From positions 346 to 64,345 of the forward strand of contig JBBIMP010000030.1 in assembly GCA_037444305.1 (NCBI GenBank): DNA of 64,000 nucleotides, written 5' to 3'. Below, in pieces: positions 1 to 10,288 of the stretch. Made by a program: the position numbers and the translations under genes. Source of the DNA: Acidobacteriota bacterium. GTDB lineage: Bacteria; Acidobacteriota; UBA6911. The first letter of the stretch is position 1. Every line of letters begins with the position of its first letter. The notes under the pieces were generated by a model. The model made no database searches and had not been told where the DNA came from. It saw only the letters and a program-made list of their open reading frames with translations.

Positions 1-939
1 GGGCTCATTCTGGTCTTCGATTGTCCGGCACAAGATCCGCTCTCCAGGGTCACAAAGCAGCAGAAATCGAACATTGCGGCTATAGCGCTGAGACTCTCCA
101 AGAGGGAACAGAATCCACTGCAGCGCGTTATTTCCTCGATCGTGCCCACTGATCCCAACGCTCATGCCACCGGCTTTCTTGTCGGAGAAGGGCTGGTGAT
201 GACCAGCTATCACGTCGTCTCCGGGAAGCTCAGCGCGCACAAGAAAACGATTCTTGGATTTAAGCCCGAGGACGAACTGCACGTCCGGGTATACGTCAAC
301 GGCCGCGAGGCGACAATTATCAAGACCGACGAAGCAGCGGACCTCGCGCTGCTGAAGGCCCACTCGACGAAGCCGGTTCAGCGGCCCACATTTCGATCTG
401 CGCCAGGCAAGGATGAGAAATTGCTCCTCATCGCACAGCCCGGCAGCCGGATATTTGTACGTGAAGCGAGTTACAATGGGCCCTATTTTTTCAGAGGAAC
501 AGACTATTGGTCTCTGCGGGTCGAAGGACAGGACGGATTCTCCGGCAGTCCCGTTTATGACAGCAACGGCGAGATTGTCGGCGTGTATTCCCTCTATGAC
601 TGGTTGCGCAGGGTAGCATTGATTATCCCTGCGCTGAAAGCGCAACAGTTCCTTGCGGATTATTATGCCAGTCAGCACCCACAGCCTCCGAAGGCGGCCG
701 TCGAGCCATCCGGTCGCGCCGCCGGAGCCACTTTGCGGGAGTGTGTCCGCGATCAGGCTCTCCATGCATACTACGGTGTGAGGGCAATTCCGGCCTCAAT
801 AGGGAGGGGAAAGCTGCAGTCCTGGCTCATCCGGGGGATTTGCCTGCGGGGCAATCCTGAGGCGAGTTCTCCGACCGCTCCGGGATATGAATGGGGCACG
901 GCGGAATGCGCCGGGCAGCGCAGTTGCAGATGCGGGTAA
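1..939 (+). CDS. Trypsin-like (S1/S1C family) serine peptidase, 5' partial (the reading frame is open to position 1 of the window)
   Basis: Frame 1 has no stop from position 1. The translation has a His motif (LVMTSYHVV), an Asp motif (AADLALLK) and a GDSGG-like Ser motif (GFSGSPV) in the S1 catalytic-triad order. A low-complexity C-terminal tail follows. Confidence 0.6.
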   Translation, partial: GLILVFDCPAQDPLSRVTKQQKSNIAAIALRLSKREQNPLQRVISSIVPTDPNAHATGFLVGEGLVMTSYHVVSGKLSAHKKTILGFKPEDELHVRVYVNGREATIIKTDEAADLALLKAHSTKPVQRPTFRSAPGKDEKLLLIAQPGSRIFVREASYNGPYFFRGTDYWSLRVEGQDGFSGSPVYDSNGEIVGVYSLYDWLRRVALIIPALKAQQFLADYYASQHPQPPKAAVEPSGRAAGATLRECVRDQALHAYYGVRAIPASIGRGKLQSWLIRGICLRGNPEASSPTAPGYEWGTAECAGQRSCRCG

Positions 940-1437
940 AAGCCGCCGTCCGACACCCTGTAGATGGAAGCGCACACGCTCGGGCTGCCAAGCGGGAGGA
1001 GGGGGTGAAAATGGACGCCGAGCCCTTTCGCCGTGCCTGGCCACCCCCCGGATTCCATGCACATCGGCATTTCGCCACCCTGGCCGCCATGGTCAAAGGT
1101 TCTATGGCACCTGCTCCAACCGCGCCCGCATTGCCGTATCTCCCGCAAAGGGCCAAAGCGCGACCTGCGCGGCAGGGAAACATCCCGAACAGGATGAGGC
1201 GGATTTCTCCCGCGAAGCCCGCAGCACATGGGTTCGGTTGATTAGGAAATATAAGTTGCTGTCGGAAATCCGATTGCTGTAATATAGCGCCATAAATTAG
1301 ATAAGCAGCTTCATTTTTACGATTGGGTGAAGAGCGCGGGAACAGCGAGCCGTTACCCTGGCATGGTTCCGGTCCTGAGTGCGATCTTCGCCTGCGGAAT
1401 GAATGGAGCTATTCCCACCAGCGAAGGAGTGACATTT

Positions 1438-4400
1438 ATGAGAGGAAGTTCCAGGTTGGGACGCCTTGTCCTGGCCATTACGGCCATCGCCGTATTGGGC
1501 ATTCCCCTTTTTGGGCAGTCCGTACGCGGTTCCATGAGCGGGCGCATCGATGACCCCTCCGGAGGCGTCATCCCCGGCGCATCCGTGGCCATCAAAAACA
1601 CCGCGACGGGCGAGGAGTACACGACGGTCAGCGACAGTCAGGGCAACTATGTATTTACGTCCATCGGTCTGGGCGGGTACAACCTGAGCGTCGAGGTTCC
1701 CGGCTTCAAGCGGGCTGAAGTCCAGGGCATCGTCGTGGAGGTAGGACGCCCGTCGATCATCAACGTCAGGCTGATTATCGGAACCGTGGAAGAGCAGGTC
1801 ATCGTAACCGGAGAGCAGCAGTCGGTGATCAACACCGTCAGCGCAACGCTGACCAACGTGGTGAGCACCCGGCAGGTGGCAGACCTGCCGCTGCCGAGCC
1901 GCAACCCGATGGACCTAGCCCGGCTGCAGGCCGGAATCGCCGTTACCGGAACCGACACGCGTAATGCAAGCGTGGGCGGCATGCGCGGTGCCGGAACCTA
2001 TGTCACCCAGGACGGCATCAACGCAATGGACAACTTCGTGAAAACGAGTTCGTTCTTTGCCATCAGCGCCCCGTCGGTGGGTGCCACGAGCGAGTTCAGC
2101 GTCACCGTCGGCACCGTGGATCCCACCGGCGGCCGCGGGCTGGCCCAGGTCCGGATGGTGACCAAGTCGGGCACCAACGACCTGCGCGGCGGCCTCTTCT
2201 GGATGCACCGCAACGACTGGCTGAACGCCAACACCTTTTTCAACAACATGTCCGGCACCCCCCGGACGATCCAGCGGCAGAACTACTTCGGCTTCAACGT
2301 CGGCGGGCCGGCATTCCTGCCCAAAATATACGACGGCAGGAACCGGAGTTTCTGGTTCTTCTCCTATGAGGGCTTCCGTGAGCCCTTCTCGGTTACGCGC
2401 AACCGGACGGTGCTGAGCGAGGACGCCCGCAAGGGCCTCTTCAAGTACACCGGATCGGACGGCGCGGAGAAATCGGTCAACCTTCTGGCAATCGGAAACG
2501 CCAGCGCCCTCAACACGATTACAACAAAGATGCTCAATGCCATGCCCCCCCCGAACAACTCCCTCGTGGGGGATGGCATGAACACGCTGGGCGCGAGATT
2601 CAACGTCAGCGGCAAGGACAAGAACGACAGGATCTCGATGCGCTTCGACCAGCAGCTGTTCCAGCATCGGACGCTGGGGGATCACAAGTTCGAGTTCGTA
2701 TATAACCGTGCGGAGTTCTCGCTCGATCCCGATACCTTCAACGGGCTTGAAGCTCCGTTCCCCGGCGGGGTCGACGCCCAACAGTCCTCGACCAGAACCC
2801 TGATGGCTGCCGCCATCAACTCGACGTTCGGGGCGAGAACGACCAACGAGGTGCGCTTCGGCCACCAGCGGGCGCCGGTAGGCTTCCTGCGCAAGGCGCC
2901 GCCGGAAAACCCGTTTTTCGTCTCATTAGCGTCCACATCGACCTACAACAACACGTTCATGTCGCAGGGACGCAACACTCTGGTTTACCAGTTCCTGGAC
3001 AACTTCGCGCTGATCCGCGGTTCGCACACCATCCGGCTGGGGATGGACTTCCAGTCCGTAACCGCCATCACGTTCAATGACGCGGGCATCCACCCGACGG
3101 TGACCCTGGGGACCAATTCCGCAAATCCAGACGGCATTTTGAATGCCGCCTTCCCCAGCCTCCCCTCGGGAACCGCCGGCACGGCCATCGTGAACCGCGC
3201 GCGCAGCGTCTTCGCCGACCTGACCGGATTCCTGGGTTCGGCTTCGCAGACCTTCAACGTGGCCAGCCAGACATCGGGTTTTGTTCCCGGGGCGAGCCGC
3301 GACCGCAATTTCAAGCAGCGGCAGCTGGCTCTCTACATTCAGGACCAGTGGCGGATGAGGCGGAATTTCATCATGAACTACGGTGTGCGCTATGAGTGGC
3401 AGGGCGTACCGTATGTCACCAACGGACTGGCGATTCAGCCGGCCAACGGAGTTGCCGGTCTCTACGGCATCTCCGGCGAGGGGAATCTGTTCAAGCCGGG
3501 CGTGTTGAAGGGATCTGCTCCCACTTCGCTCAACTGGGTGAACGGCGACACGGGCATCAAGTTGTACAACGACGATTGGAACAACTTCGCCCCGTTCCTC
3601 GGATTCGCCTATTCGCCGCGGTCCGAGTGGGCGCCGCTCCGGTTCCTGTTCGGACCCGAGGGCAAGAGTTCCATCCGCGCCGGATTCTCGATCAGCTATC
3701 TCAGCGACGGCTTCACCGTCGTGAGCAATGCCCTGGGTACAGGGACCACCAATCCCGGTCTCATCCAGAGTTCGGCGAACAATACTCCCACCGGAGTTCT
3801 GACCTCGAGCGGCGTCCCTGTCACTATACCGGTGTTCAAGATGCCGGTGACGGACGCCGAAAACCTCCTCCTGAATACCAACAACGGATTGTGGACCTTC
3901 GAGCCCAACCTCCGTGTGCCCTACGTTCAGCAGTGGTCGCTCAGCATCGAGCGGGAGATTGCCGCCAATACGGCACTCGAGATCCGCTACGCGGGCAACC
4001 ACGGCGTCAAGATTTTCCGGGCCATGGACATCAACGAGGTCAACATCTTCGAGAACGGATTCCTGGCGGAGTTCCTGAATGCCAAGAAAAACCTGGCGGC
4101 CAGCGGCGGGACCAACTTCTCCCCCGTGGGCGCCGACCGCGTTGCGACGCCTACGCTCAGCACACTCTTCGCCGGGCTGTCGTCTGGCAGCGCCTTCAGC
4201 AGCTCCACCTTCATCAGCAATCTGAACAACGACAACGTCGGCGCGATGGCCTCGACCCTGGCCTTCAGCTCGACGTATCGCGCCAACCGCGCCAACCTGG
4301 CACCCAACTTCTTCGTGGCCAACCCGAACGCCAACTTCGCGCGGGCTCTCACGAACACCTCATTCTCCAACTATCACTCCATGTCGATCGAGATCCGGCG

Positions 4401-5172
4401 GCGCTATTCGAACGGTCTGTATGCCCAGGGCAGCTACACCTTGAGCAAGACGATCACCGACAGCGCCGGCAGCCAGAGCACGCTGGAGTCTCCGCGCACG
4501 CTGCGCGATCTCGGCCTCGATCGCCACAGGCCGAGCACCGATCAGACTCACCGCGTTATTGCCAACTTCATCTATGAGATGCCGTTCGGCAGCAACAAGC
4601 GGTTCCTGAGCGGGGCGTTCCTGCCAATCCGGAAGCTGGTCGAGGGCTGGTCGGTCGGCTGCATCGCCAACTGGCAGAGCGGACCGCCGGTGGCGATCTA
4701 CTCCAACCGGTCGACGGTCAACTCGTGGAACGCAGGCCTTAATCCCGCCCAGCTGCTCGGGATGACCTTCGACGAATACAAGAAGGCTTCGGGCATCTAC
4801 CGCACCGGTGTTGGGGTGTTCTTCATCGATCCGAAGTATCTCAACATCACCACCAGTCCGACGACGGGGAGGCTGTCGGGCGCCACCTTGAAGGAAGGGC
4901 TTCTCGGCTCGCCTGCGCCTGGAACCTTCGGGAATTTCCCGCGGAACAAGTTCTCCGGACCTTCGTTCACCCAGTGGGACTTCAGCCTGATCAAGCGGAC
5001 GGCGTTCCACGAGAACAAGAACTTCGAGCTGCGGGTCACGTTCCTGAACGCGTTCAACCAGACCAACTTCATTTTCGGGAGCGCCAACTTCGACAGTTCG
5101 ACTTTCGGCCAGATCACCTCTCAGCGGGGATCGCCGAGAATCATCCACTTCCAGCTGGGAATTAACTTCTAG
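1438..5172 (+). CDS. TonB-dependent-receptor-like outer-membrane beta-barrel protein with an N-terminal carboxypeptidase regulatory-like domain
   Basis: The signal peptide is MRGSSRLGRLVLAITAIAVLGIPLFGQ, preceded by a GAAGGAG ribosome-binding site 7 nt upstream of the ATG at 1438. The segment SGRIDDPSGGVIPGASVAIKNTATGEEYTTVSDSQGNYVF...YNLSVEVPGFK is a classic CarbopepD_reg domain. The long body is Gly/Asn/Thr-rich. The C-terminus ends ...FQLGINF, and an aromatic last residue is typical of outer-membrane barrels. Confidence 0.8.
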   Translation: MRGSSRLGRLVLAITAIAVLGIPLFGQSVRGSMSGRIDDPSGGVIPGASVAIKNTATGEEYTTVSDSQGNYVFTSIGLGGYNLSVEVPGFKRAEVQGIVVEVGRPSIINVRLIIGTVEEQVIVTGEQQSVINTVSATLTNVVSTRQVADLPLPSRNPMDLARLQAGIAVTGTDTRNASVGGMRGAGTYVTQDGINAMDNFVKTSSFFAISAPSVGATSEFSVTVGTVDPTGGRGLAQVRMVTKSGTNDLRGGLFWMHRNDWLNANTFFNNMSGTPRTIQRQNYFGFNVGGPAFLPKIYDGRNRSFWFFSYEGFREPFSVTRNRTVLSEDARKGLFKYTGSDGAEKSVNLLAIGNASALNTITTKMLNAMPPPNNSLVGDGMNTLGARFNVSGKDKNDRISMRFDQQLFQHRTLGDHKFEFVYNRAEFSLDPDTFNGLEAPFPGGVDAQQSSTRTLMAAAINSTFGARTTNEVRFGHQRAPVGFLRKAPPENPFFVSLASTSTYNNTFMSQGRNTLVYQFLDNFALIRGSHTIRLGMDFQSVTAITFNDAGIHPTVTLGTNSANPDGILNAAFPSLPSGTAGTAIVNRARSVFADLTGFLGSASQTFNVASQTSGFVPGASRDRNFKQRQLALYIQDQWRMRRNFIMNYGVRYEWQGVPYVTNGLAIQPANGVAGLYGISGEGNLFKPGVLKGSAPTSLNWVNGDTGIKLYNDDWNNFAPFLGFAYSPRSEWAPLRFLFGPEGKSSIRAGFSISYLSDGFTVVSNALGTGTTNPGLIQSSANNTPTGVLTSSGVPVTIPVFKMPVTDAENLLLNTNNGLWTFEPNLRVPYVQQWSLSIEREIAANTALEIRYAGNHGVKIFRAMDINEVNIFENGFLAEFLNAKKNLAASGGTNFSPVGADRVATPTLSTLFAGLSSGSAFSSSTFISNLNNDNVGAMASTLAFSSTYRANRANLAPNFFVANPNANFARALTNTSFSNYHSMSIEIRRRYSNGLYAQGSYTLSKTITDSAGSQSTLESPRTLRDLGLDRHRPSTDQTHRVIANFIYEMPFGSNKRFLSGAFLPIRKLVEGWSVGCIANWQSGPPVAIYSNRSTVNSWNAGLNPAQLLGMTFDEYKKASGIYRTGVGVFFIDPKYLNITTSPTTGRLSGATLKEGLLGSPAPGTFGNFPRNKFSGPSFTQWDFSLIKRTAFHENKNFELRVTFLNAFNQTNFIFGSANFDSSTFGQITSQRGSPRIIHFQLGINF

Positions 5173-5261
5173 CCGGAACCAGTGTTTACTGCATGACCGG
5201 GCGGGGCGCCCGAGAGGGTTGCCCCGCCGGCTTTTCAGGTACAAATGAGAGGATGTCGAAG

Positions 5262-5666
5262 ATGAAGAGCATTTTGGCTGCGGCCGCGGCGATTCTCATG
5301 CTTGGGTCCGCTGCCATGGCCCAGCAGGCCGTGGGAGGCGGGACTTCTCCCGCGCGAAACAGGGGAGCGGAAACGCCGACACTGGCGCCGCCGGTTCACA
5401 TGTCCGGTGAGGTTCTGCAGATCGATTTGGAGCGTAACGCGATCCAGATCCGGATGAAGAGGAATAACCGGATGGTCGACGCGGGATTTGCATTGGATGC
5501 GCAGTGCAGGATCAAGGCGGACAAGAAGCAGTTCGGCAAGGGGCAGTTGGAGCTAGGCGAACTCAAGGCCGGATATCTGGTGGAGATGACGGTCCGGCCG
5601 TCGGACATGCTAGTCATCGAGATGAAAGTCAAGCTGCCCCGCGAAGCAACCCCTCTCAAGCCCTGA
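5262..5666 (+). CDS. Small secreted hypothetical protein
   Basis: MKSILAAAAAILMLGSAAMAQQ is a clear signal peptide. A GAGAGGA ribosome-binding site lies about 8 nt upstream. GC3 is biased. It sits immediately downstream of the barrel gene. Confidence 0.5.
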   Translation: MKSILAAAAAILMLGSAAMAQQAVGGGTSPARNRGAETPTLAPPVHMSGEVLQIDLERNAIQIRMKRNNRMVDAGFALDAQCRIKADKKQFGKGQLELGELKAGYLVEMTVRPSDMLVIEMKVKLPREATPLKP

Positions 5667-5684
5667 TCCCCATTCCGCTCTTGC

Positions 5685-5721
5685 GCCCCTGCCGCAGGGA
5701 TTTTGGAGGGGCTATTTTTTT
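5685..5721 (+). terminator. Rho-independent terminator (gcccct...aggggc stem followed by tattttttt)
   Basis: A 6-bp GC stem with a loop, followed by a run of 9 T residues, 19 nt after the TGA at 5664-5666. Confidence 0.55.
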
Positions 5722-5970
5722 GAGCAGTTCTCGACGCGGCTGGGCACCAGGGAGTTCGTGATGTACAACAAGCTCGACCGGCATGCGATGACAAGCCACG
5801 CCATGGCCATTCTCAAATCGACGCCCCAGCAGCTTTCCGTCAGGCGGGGGTATTACGCGGTTCACGACGCATCGACCCCGCACTGGAAGTACTTCTGGTT
5901 TGACTGACCTGCGCTCCGGAAGCACAGACCTGCGTTCGCTTTTGGTTGCTCTTCGCGCCCGCCCCCGACG

Positions 5971-8076
5971 CTACATTTCGACGAGGCCGGCGAGCTTCAG
6001 GATCTCCAGGTAATTCAGCAGGCTCTGCAGATTCGACTTCACCGGGTACTGGGCGTCGAGCGCGTTCAGGATATCCAGCGCGCTGCGCTTGCCGTTGATC
6101 AGCAGGTGCAGCTCCGTTAGGCTCCCGAAGTCGCGCTGCCCGAACGGGTGCTTCTTCCGCTCCGCTTCGGGCACCTTGGCCAGCAGCTCCTGGTAGCCGC
6201 GGTAGCCGTTCTCCTTCACCTTCGCGGTTGTCCGCGGGACGATCTTCGCCGCCTTCGCCTCCAGTTCGGTCAGCTTGATCGTCACCGGCGCCGTCTTGAG
6301 CCTCTTCGCCACGGCCTTCATGTGCTCGTCGACCGCCGCGAGCTGGGTCTTGCCCAGCTGCTCGACAGTGGCGGCCATGCGGCCCACGTAATCGCCCACG
6401 AGCGCCTTGTCCGCGCCCAGCTCGAGCACCGTCTGCAGCGTGGCCTTCTCGTTCTCGAGCGTGGTTTCGACCTGGATGCGGGCCATCCTGTAGTCCGCCG
6501 CCAGCGTTTCGACGGTGGCCACGTTCAGCGCCTCCAGCGCCACGTTGAGCTTGTAGCCCAGCCGGCGCGCCCCGTTCGCCGCGACCTCGCCCGCGATCTT
6601 GACCGCCATGTCGTCGTCCGCGGCCGCGACGGTGTAAGCCCCGGCCGCGCCGATGAAAACCACACGCTTCAGCTGCGTCGGGTCCGCCTTGTCCGTCCGG
6701 TCGCCCGAGGTGTGGTACCACTGGTCGGGCCAGGCGATCATCATGATGCCGGGGACCCGGACGCCCCAGTCGTTGAACACCTCGTGGTCCGAGGCGCCGT
6801 AGTGCGTCTCGATGCTGTAGTAGAACGGCTCATCCGCGCCGCTCGGCGCCACAAGGCGGTGCGGGATCCTCAGCTCATTGCCTCGATTGTGGATCCGTTC
6901 CCGGTTTCCCTCCCCAACGAAACGGTAGTAGTTCTCCATGACGTCGTTGATGTAGTGGGGGTTGCCGAACGTGGTCCGGATCAGCATCATGTGCGCCTTG
7001 TTCCTGCTCAGCCATTCCCCCACCATGTCCATGTTGATGTTGCACAGGGTCTTCGCCATCAGGTCCTTGTGGGCCTTGACCCACGGGCCGGTGCCGGCGA
7101 ATTCCGGCCCCCACAGGAAGCGGATGGTCCGTTTCGGGCGCGGCAGCCGGCCTTCCTGGATCAGCGTGTGCAGCGTGCGCGCCACGTCCAGGATCGCCCC
7201 GCTGCCGGAGCCGTTGTCGTTGGCCCCCTGCTTGGTGTAGCCCTCGAAGAGGTGCGCCGAGAGAATGACCTCGCCGGCCGCGGGGTCGGTCCCCGGGATG
7301 TGGCAGACGACGTTCTGGTTCACGTACTTCTCCATCGTCGTCTCGACCTGCGCGTGCGCCGTGATCTTCTGCCCCCGGAGCAGCCGCTGCTTCAAGTACT
7401 CCCCGTCGCGCGCGGTCATGTAGAACGCGAACTTCGCCGGCCTGTCGGCGCTGCCGCCCCGGATGCTGCTGAAGGGGATCTGCAGCGGATCGAAGTGCGG
7501 CCGCGAATCGGAGATCGCCACCACGCCGAGCGCACCCTTCTCCATGCAGGCGAGGTTGTGCGCGGTGGCGACGTTGCCATCCGTGACGACGATCTTTCCG
7601 TCCACTTTCGCCCGCTCGATCTCTTCCGCCGTGCCGCGTCCAACCCAGACCAGTTCTCCCTTGACGTCGGCCGAGTTGCTGCCGCGGACCAGCAGGACGG
7701 TCATGTCCGTGGCGGAGGACAGCTTCTGGCGCCGGGGCGAGACCTCCCACAACTCCCCCTTGACCGCATCCCAGACCTCCCCGCCCGGGTAGGTCACAAT
7801 CTCCGCCCCGGGAAGGCCATAGCGCTTCAGCATGTCGTAGACGTACTGGGCTTCGTAGAAGGTGCCGGCGTATTCCGCCTTCAGCCGATCCTTGTCGTAC
7901 CCGGCAAGTTCCATCGTGTGGTTCCAGGCGCTTTCGCCCGAAGCCTCGCCGATGATTTCGTCCCTCTGGCCCTGGGGCAGGAGCGTCCAGTAGAACCAGG
8001 GAAGCATCTGGGCGGCGGCCGTGCCGAGCAAAATCACTGCGACTGCAAACAGGCAAACCAGGATTCGTTTCGACAT
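5971..8076 (-). CDS. M28 family zinc aminopeptidase with a PA domain, secreted
   Basis: Signal peptide MSKRILVCLFAVAVILLGTAAAQ. The M28 signature GANDNGSGSGAILDVARTL and the metal-ligand context (HLFEG...NDNGSG...NMDMVGE) are present. 701 aa. Confidence 0.8.
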   Translation of the reverse strand: MSKRILVCLFAVAVILLGTAAAQMLPWFYWTLLPQGQRDEIIGEASGESAWNHTMELAGYDKDRLKAEYAGTFYEAQYVYDMLKRYGLPGAEIVTYPGGEVWDAVKGELWEVSPRRQKLSSATDMTVLLVRGSNSADVKGELVWVGRGTAEEIERAKVDGKIVVTDGNVATAHNLACMEKGALGVVAISDSRPHFDPLQIPFSSIRGGSADRPAKFAFYMTARDGEYLKQRLLRGQKITAHAQVETTMEKYVNQNVVCHIPGTDPAAGEVILSAHLFEGYTKQGANDNGSGSGAILDVARTLHTLIQEGRLPRPKRTIRFLWGPEFAGTGPWVKAHKDLMAKTLCNINMDMVGEWLSRNKAHMMLIRTTFGNPHYINDVMENYYRFVGEGNRERIHNRGNELRIPHRLVAPSGADEPFYYSIETHYGASDHEVFNDWGVRVPGIMMIAWPDQWYHTSGDRTDKADPTQLKRVVFIGAAGAYTVAAADDDMAVKIAGEVAANGARRLGYKLNVALEALNVATVETLAADYRMARIQVETTLENEKATLQTVLELGADKALVGDYVGRMAATVEQLGKTQLAAVDEHMKAVAKRLKTAPVTIKLTELEAKAAKIVPRTTAKVKENGYRGYQELLAKVPEAERKKHPFGQRDFGSLTELHLLINGKRSALDILNALDAQYPVKSNLQSLLNYLEILKLAGLVEM

Positions 8077-8127
8077 GTCAGTCCTCTGAGAGTTGTTTGT
8101 TGGTACCTGTGTGAAAGTACCCGCATT

Positions 8128-8439
8128 TCACCCAAGATCGATGTCCCTCACGGGCTTCTCGACCGGTTCGTCCTTACTCTTCTTCAGCGCCTCCTCGAAC
8201 TTCCGTTCGAGCAGGCGGGATTTCTGTTTTTCGTCCTCCGTGCTCTGGCGGAAAAGCGCTTCCCGCCGCGCGGCCTGCTCGCGAAGCAGCGATCCCGCCT
8301 TGTCCAGGTCCGGCGCACCGGAGGGCTTCGCCGGCGGCGCCTCGTAAGCTATCACCTTACCCATTTGTGGATCGATCAGCAGCCGCGCGCCACAGCACGG
8401 GCATGCGACGGAGATATCATTGCTGCTTGCTTTCGCCAT
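8128..8439 (-). CDS. Small zinc-ribbon-like protein (C-P-C-C-G motif) with a Lys/Glu-rich charged tail
   Basis: MAKASSNDISVACPCCGARLLIDPQMGKVIAYE..., 103 aa. It lies between the aminoacylase-like gene and the M28 gene on the same strand. Confidence 0.45.
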   Translation of the reverse strand: MAKASSNDISVACPCCGARLLIDPQMGKVIAYEAPPAKPSGAPDLDKAGSLLREQAARREALFRQSTEDEKQKSRLLERKFEEALKKSKDEPVEKPVRDIDLG

Positions 8440-8590
8440 CGTCGTCTCCTTCCGGGGCTGCCGAATCGCGGCAACCGGCCCGATCCTATCACAACGGGTT
8501 CCTTCGGGGCACCGGCTTGCCGCACCCTGTCCGGAACGAGTACGGGTTTTCGATGCAGCGGCCCCCGGCCCGGACCGTCGGGGGACGCGC

Positions 8591-10288
8591 TTACCTGCCC
8601 CTCCTCAGGGCCCGCCCCGGCCGCGCCCCGGTGTGTTCGCCGTTTTCCAGTACGAGTATTCCGTTCACCAGGACGTGGTGCACGCCGACCGAGTACTGGT
8701 GCGGCTGTTCGAACGTCGCCCGGTCCTGGATCCTGACCGGATCGAACACCACCACGTCGGCGAACATCCCCTCCTGGAGCGAGCCGCGGCCCTCGAGCCC
8801 CAGGTTTTCCGCGGGCAGTTTCGCGAGCCGCCGCACCGCCTCCTGCAGGGGAATCACGTTTTCGTCGCGAACATAGCGGGCCAGCAGCCGCGCGAAACTC
8901 CCGTAGGCCCGGGGGTGCGTGCTGATCTTCAGAAAACTCCCCTCCGGGGCCATGGAGGGGGAATCGGAGCAGAAGCTCACCCAGGGCAGTGCGATCTGCT
9001 TCCTCACGTTATCCTCGGACATGAGGAAATAGACCGCGCCCACGCGGCTCTCGTCTTCGCTCAGGAGGTCCAGAATCACCTCGGCCGGGTCCTTCTCCCG
9101 CATCCTCGCGACCTCGCCAAGGGTCATCCCCTGCAGCGGCTTCAATTCCTCCTTTTTGAATCCCACCAGGAGAATCCGTTCGGGCGAACCGGCGAGGAGG
9201 TAGAAGTTCTCCCACTCCTGCGAGGGCGTCTTCATATCGCGGAGAATCCGCTGCCGCTGGGCCGGATCGCGGAAGCGCTCCCGCATCGCCTCGGAACCGC
9301 CGCTCTGCGCCCACAGAGGGATGCACGCTTCCAGCCCCGTGGATCCGGCAGTGTACGTGTACATGTCCGCGGTAATCTTCAGCCCTTCCCGCCGTGCCTC
9401 CTCGACCATCCGGATCACGTTGTCCATCTTGGGCCAGTTGGCTTGACCCGCGGCCTTCAGGTGGTAGATTTCCGCCGGGATCCTCGCCGCGCGCGCGATC
9501 TGGAGGAATTCGCCGACGCTCTCCTCCAGCGCGTTTCCCTCGCTTCGCAGGTGCGAAATGTAGATTCCGCCGAACTCGGCGGAAACCTTGGCCAGTTCGA
9601 CGATCTCACCCGTCTTCGCATAGGATCCCGGGGCGTAAATGAGCGCCGTGGAAACCCCCAGCGCGCCCGCCTCCATCGCGCTGCGCACCAGCGAGCGCAT
9701 CAGCTCCATCTCCTCCGGCGTGGGCTCCCTGTCCTCCAGGCCCACGGCGTATTCGCGCACCGTGGCCGCGCCCACGAACGAGGCCACGTTTTGCGAGACC
9801 CCCTTCCCTTCGAGAAATCCGAGATACTCCGCCAGCGTGGTCCAGGTAACCGGATACCGGAGGTCCCCCTGTCTCTGCTCCATCCGCCTCTTCATATCCG
9901 GGGTCAGCGGTCCCATGGAATGCCCCTCCCCGAGGATCTGCGTCGTCACCCCCTGCCGCACATCCGACTGGGAGTTGCCGTCCTCGATGAGCGTCTCATT
10001 GGACCAGCTCATCATGTTGACGAAGCCGGGAGCCACCGCCAGTCCCTTCGCCTCTATCACCTTCCGCGCGGAGGCTGTGCCGACCGAACCTATCCGCACG
10101 ATTCTGTCGCCTTTGATCCCGACGTCGGCCTTGAACGGTTCATCCCCCGAGCCGTCGTAGACCGTGCCGTTTTTGATGACGATGTCATAGGAAGCCTGGT
10201 CCCCGCTCCTGCAGGACGCAATGGTCAATACCAGGATCAGCATTGACACCAATGCCGTAATGCGACGGATGCGATTCATGGTGGTCAC
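8591..10288 (-). CDS. N-acyl-D-amino-acid deacylase (D-aminoacylase) family amidohydrolase; lipoprotein-type signal
   Basis: The N-terminus DIVIKNGTVYDGSGDEPFKADVGIKGDRIVRIG and the overall layout match the D-aminoacylase/COG3653 family. LTIASC is a lipobox. The usual HxH motif after PGF is replaced by NMMSWS. Confidence 0.7.
   Translation of the reverse strand: MTTMNRIRRITALVSMLILVLTIASCRSGDQASYDIVIKNGTVYDGSGDEPFKADVGIKGDRIVRIGSVGTASARKVIEAKGLAVAPGFVNMMSWSNETLIEDGNSQSDVRQGVTTQILGEGHSMGPLTPDMKRRMEQRQGDLRYPVTWTTLAEYLGFLEGKGVSQNVASFVGAATVREYAVGLEDREPTPEEMELMRSLVRSAMEAGALGVSTALIYAPGSYAKTGEIVELAKVSAEFGGIYISHLRSEGNALEESVGEFLQIARAARIPAEIYHLKAAGQANWPKMDNVIRMVEEARREGLKITADMYTYTAGSTGLEACIPLWAQSGGSEAMRERFRDPAQRQRILRDMKTPSQEWENFYLLAGSPERILLVGFKKEELKPLQGMTLGEVARMREKDPAEVILDLLSEDESRVGAVYFLMSEDNVRKQIALPWVSFCSDSPSMAPEGSFLKISTHPRAYGSFARLLARYVRDENVIPLQEAVRRLAKLPAENLGLEGRGSLQEGMFADVVVFDPVRIQDRATFEQPHQYSVGVHHVLVNGILVLENGEHTGARPGRALRRGR

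Noticed and set aside
3396-4577. 393-aa plus-strand ORF and several minus-strand ORFs (2926-4002, 4360-5244) inside the barrel gene
   Set aside because: They are alternative-frame or antisense ORFs within the 1245-aa TonB-receptor-like gene. Their translations are Arg/Gln-rich and repetitive.
6148-8736. 862-aa ORF on the plus strand
   Set aside because: It is antisense to the well-supported M28 peptidase and zinc-ribbon genes. The translation is Arg/Gly/Pro/Val-rich with no motifs, which is the typical high-GC antisense artefact.
8420-10246. 608-aa ORF on the plus strand
   Set aside because: Antisense to the D-aminoacylase-like gene, with a low-complexity Arg/Pro-rich translation.
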